A DNA stretch of 64,000 bases, from positions 1 to 64,000 of the IMG/VR virus record IMGVR_UViG_2799113015_000003. One strand, 5' to 3'. A program made the translations under genes and the position numbers. Source of the DNA: a virus. Lineage: Duplodnaviria > Heunggongvirae > Uroviricota > Caudoviricetes. This document shows, in pieces, positions 61,337 through 64,000 of the stretch; positions within the stretch are counted from its first letter, which is position 1, and each line of letters starts with the position of its first letter. The notes below the pieces were generated by a model, which saw nothing but the letters and a program-made list of their open reading frames with translations, was not told the DNA's origin and searched no databases.

Positions 61337-61846
61337 TTAGGGAAGCGATTTGATGATCTGCCGGTACTTCGGCAGCCCTTCGGGCTCGCGGAGCGAGATC
61401 TTGAAGGAGATGGGGATGAACTTCTCGTCCACGTACTCCTCAGGTACGAGCTGTGGACCGAGCCACTCCTCCGACTTGCGGATCGTGGTTGTATCGCCAT
61501 CTGGCAGGGTGATCGGAAGTCCCGTCACCACTTCGTCATCCATCATTCGACGGACGAAACGGATTAGTTTCCAAGACTCTTTGCGAGTCGGCGTAATAGC
61601 GGCGATCTGGATCACTGCCTGATCCATGCGAAGTGAGGGATCAAACCGTCCAGGCTGTCGCCATACCCGCAGAGTGGGCTGCGTACCACCAACTTCCTCA
61701 CCTGGAGAAAGGCTGTACCAACCTGGCGGAAGCCAAGTACACACTTTGACCTTGTCTCCAAGGAGCCGCGAAAGATAGCTCATAACAAGCACTTCCGCGT
61801 CGGTATCATCGTCCTCGTACCAGTCGGGAAGTTCCAACATGGTCAT
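61337..61846 (-). CDS. head-tail connector or tail terminator protein
   Basis: One of four small genes between the capsid and major tail genes. Confidence 0.45.
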   Translation of the reverse strand: MTMLELPDWYEDDDTDAEVLVMSYLSRLLGDKVKVCTWLPPGWYSLSPGEEVGGTQPTLRVWRQPGRFDPSLRMDQAVIQIAAITPTRKESWKLIRFVRRMMDDEVVTGLPITLPDGDTTTIRKSEEWLGPQLVPEEYVDEKFIPISFKISLREPEGLPKYRQIIKSLP

Positions 61847-62265
61847 AGAGGCGGCAATTCTGCGTAGAGGGCTGAGCGAAGCGCTCCCGAACCCTGATAA
61901 ATGGATCCGTGCTGGCCCTCAGATGGGTTCTTACGACCCATCTCATCTGCGAGCGCGTAACGCACTCCAACAGTGATTTGGCCAATCCAGCGGTCAGTCT
62001 TGTATCCACCAATGAACACTTCGGCAGAAACAGCACCAGCCATCGCGCCCGGGTGACGGTCGCTCTGCTGCTTGGGTCGGGCCTCGAGACTGGTCACGTA
62101 GTTGACGGCGACCTTGGCGGTGTACTCGCCGGTTAGCGCGTGAAGTCGCGTCCCTACAAGGATTTGCGCGAGAGCCGGGTTCGGATCCTTGTAAAAGTAG
62201 GCAAGCCCACCCTCTGCGTGACGTTCGAGCGGGTAGCCCTTGTCAGCGTCAGTTGATGGTGGCAT
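61843..62265 (-). CDS. head-tail connector protein
   Basis: Position; overlapping-stop arrangement. Confidence 0.45.
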   Translation of the reverse strand: MPPSTDADKGYPLERHAEGGLAYFYKDPNPALAQILVGTRLHALTGEYTAKVAVNYVTSLEARPKQQSDRHPGAMAGAVSAEVFIGGYKTDRWIGQITVGVRYALADEMGRKNPSEGQHGSIYQGSGALRSALYAELPPL

Positions 62266-62656
62266 CTACAGTTACCCAGTGGTATTCAGGTGGGGTACTG
62301 GTCATCAGCTGGGGGTAGTCCCACATGCCAGTCGAAGTGACCTTGTACTTCACTTCATTGATCACTAGACGGTCACCGAACTTGACCTTGATGGCGTTTT
62401 TGTTCGGGATCCCAATCTGGCCAGTGGTATTCGAAGACTCTTGGCGATCCAGGGAGGAGAATGGAGCCTGTCCACCCATGATCAATCCGTAGACGGTTCC
62501 GATACACCCAACGCCGCCTTCAAGGCGAATAACATTGCCGTGCTCGTCAATCGGATCTCCGTGCTCATCACGGCTATGTACTGCCCGGTAGACCTTCGCT
62601 GACAGCGAGCCGCGCCGAATCACAGATGCTCGCTCTCCATCCACCCCGGATCCCAA
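62249..62656 (-). CDS. head-tail connector protein
   Basis: Position. Confidence 0.45.
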   Translation of the reverse strand: MGSGVDGERASVIRRGSLSAKVYRAVHSRDEHGDPIDEHGNVIRLEGGVGCIGTVYGLIMGGQAPFSSLDRQESSNTTGQIGIPNKNAIKVKFGDRLVINEVKYKVTSTGMWDYPQLMTSTPPEYHWVTVDATIN

Positions 62657-63099
62657 GGGTTGAAATAAGGAAGTGGCTTGTCGAAACCGAGGATTCGCAC
62701 GTAACCGAGAACCATGTCCATGTCATCTCGACAAGTCCCCTGTACCCAGAGCTGTCCGCTAGGGCGGTACTTCTGGAGAAAGGCCCTCTCAGCGTCTGTA
62801 AAGAACCCGTTCGGGTATGCGAGACGGTCGTACGAGGCAGACTCGGGGCCCTTGACCTCGTAGGTGACGTGGCGGGGGTTTTCGAACTCCCTGCGCGCAG
62901 CTGCGGCGACAATGCCGCGAACTGTCACAGAAACCGTGTCACGATCCGGCCAGAGCTTGCCCGAGATCATTCGAGCCCACCCGGAGGCCACGCGGAGGAT
63001 GAACCTCGCGCGGGCCTTGTCGTCGTCATCGAAGACGACGCCCATCCAGGTGGCTAGCTCATCTGCGGTGGCAAGCTGGTCGGGAAAATCGTCGGCCAT
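62620..63099 (-). CDS. head-tail adaptor protein
   Basis: Position immediately downstream of the putative capsid gene. Confidence 0.45.
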   Translation of the reverse strand: MADDFPDQLATADELATWMGVVFDDDDKARARFILRVASGWARMISGKLWPDRDTVSVTVRGIVAAAARREFENPRHVTYEVKGPESASYDRLAYPNGFFTDAERAFLQKYRPSGQLWVQGTCRDDMDMVLGYVRILGFDKPLPYFNPWDPGWMESEHL

Positions 63100-63111
63100 C
63101 TTGCCTCCCGA

Positions 63112-64000
63112 TCAGGCGACAGTGATGGTGTAGTTGTCCGTAACCGAACCGATAGTCGCGGTGATCTTGGCGGTACCTGCTGCCACACCAGTCACGACGC
63201 CGTTCGCGTCAACGGTCGCCTTGGCAGGGGTGTCCGAGACCCAAGTGACCATCGAGTCACCGGCACGGTTGTCCAGGTTGGAATCAACCAACGACAGCGC
63301 GCGAGTCGCACCTACAGCCACATCGCCCTTGTTGCCGATGGCAACCGACGTTGCGGCGAGCTGGATACGAGCTGCGCGGACAAACCCAGGATCGGGATCA
63401 ACCACGGCCTTGTATCCGGCCCAGGTGTCGACCAACGAACGGTCAGTAGTGATCTGCGAGTCGTAGTCGCCCAGCCAACGCAGGCCAATTCCATTCTCGG
63501 AACCAACAGTCGATACAGCGACGTTGTTGGAGAACGGCTTACCAGGTGCGCGGGTAACCAGCACGAAGGCAGTTGGGTGGAACAGGAACGCCGCACCATG
63601 AGGGATGGTGTCCACCACAACCACGTCATATCCGGCCAGACGACCGATACGGGCGTTGGTCAGGCGGTCAGCGCCAGCCTGTCCTGCCGAGTCGTAGCGC
63701 ACGAAACGGTCATCAAGAAGCAGGGCCTCTTCGACAGCCGATCCGACAAGAAGGACGCGTCCCTCACGGGGAACGAAAGCGTCATTAAGCTGACGACGGG
63801 CATGGATCACCGCGTTGTAGATCGCATCCACAGCAGCGGTGTGCACCTGCTGATACGGGGCGTCGACAATGGTGGTCGCGACACCGGCCTCGAGCTTCTC
63901 GCTAACAGAGCGAACCTGACGCGGCAGAACGTCCACAGCGAAGCTGCGAACGTCAAGCTCGCGCTCCTCATCGGTCAGAGCGATCAGGTTGTACACCACG
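63112..64000 (-). CDS. putative major capsid protein, 3' portion (gene continues beyond the window) with C-terminal Ig-like domain
   Basis: The ORF runs off the window end; C-terminus VTWVSDTPAKATVDANGVVTGVAAGTAKITATIGSVTDNYTITVA is a Big_2-type Ig fold; precedes the connector genes. Confidence 0.45.
   Translation of the reverse strand, partial: VVYNLIALTDEERELDVRSFAVDVLPRQVRSVSEKLEAGVATTIVDAPYQQVHTAAVDAIYNAVIHARRQLNDAFVPREGRVLLVGSAVEEALLLDDRFVRYDSAGQAGADRLTNARIGRLAGYDVVVVDTIPHGAAFLFHPTAFVLVTRAPGKPFSNNVAVSTVGSENGIGLRWLGDYDSQITTDRSLVDTWAGYKAVVDPDPGFVRAARIQLAATSVAIGNKGDVAVGATRALSLVDSNLDNRAGDSMVTWVSDTPAKATVDANGVVTGVAAGTAKITATIGSVTDNYTITVA

Overview
This 64 kb window is a contiguous stretch of a high-GC, tailed actinobacteriophage genome. 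The tail genes are siphovirus-type, and a lysin B (mycolyl-arabinogalactan esterase) points to a mycolic-acid-containing host such as Mycobacterium, Gordonia or Rhodococcus. No cluster assignment was attempted.

Layout, left to right:
1. 1-5.9 kb, + strand: many small genes, most preceded by a conserved 15-16 nt start-associated motif (consensus CACACGGAAGGGATAC) placed 2-7 nt before the start codon.
2. 6.0-7.4 kb, + strand: a large serine integrase.
3. 7.5-17.7 kb, - strand: a translation-maintenance island. It holds a metallophosphoesterase, a PTH2-type peptidyl-tRNA hydrolase, an RtcB RNA ligase, an ArfB-like GGQ release-factor-domain protein, and an array of about 25 tRNA genes interrupted by two paralogous HNH endonucleases.
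4. 18.1-35.7 kb, - strand: early and replication genes. These include SSB, a DnaB-like helicase, two WhiB-like regulators, a ClpP-like protease, a RecB-family exonuclease with a single-strand annealing protein, nucleotide-metabolism genes, an SPFH protein and more HNH endonucleases.
5. 35.75-36.18 kb: a divergent control region.
6. 36.2-41.5 kb, + strand: a nucleotidyltransferase-fold protein and secreted or membrane proteins.
7. 41.6-44.8 kb, - strand: the lysis cassette (NrdH-like glutaredoxin, lysin B, holin, lysin A).
8. 44.8-64.0 kb, - strand: structural genes, comprising minor tail proteins, a 1916-aa tape measure protein, the tail assembly chaperone pair, the major tail subunit, head-tail connector proteins and the 3' part of a putative major capsid gene.

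No CRISPR array was seen. All calls rest on motif reading of the six-frame translations and hand-folding of tRNAs. Coordinates of small genes and tRNAs may be off by a few nt.
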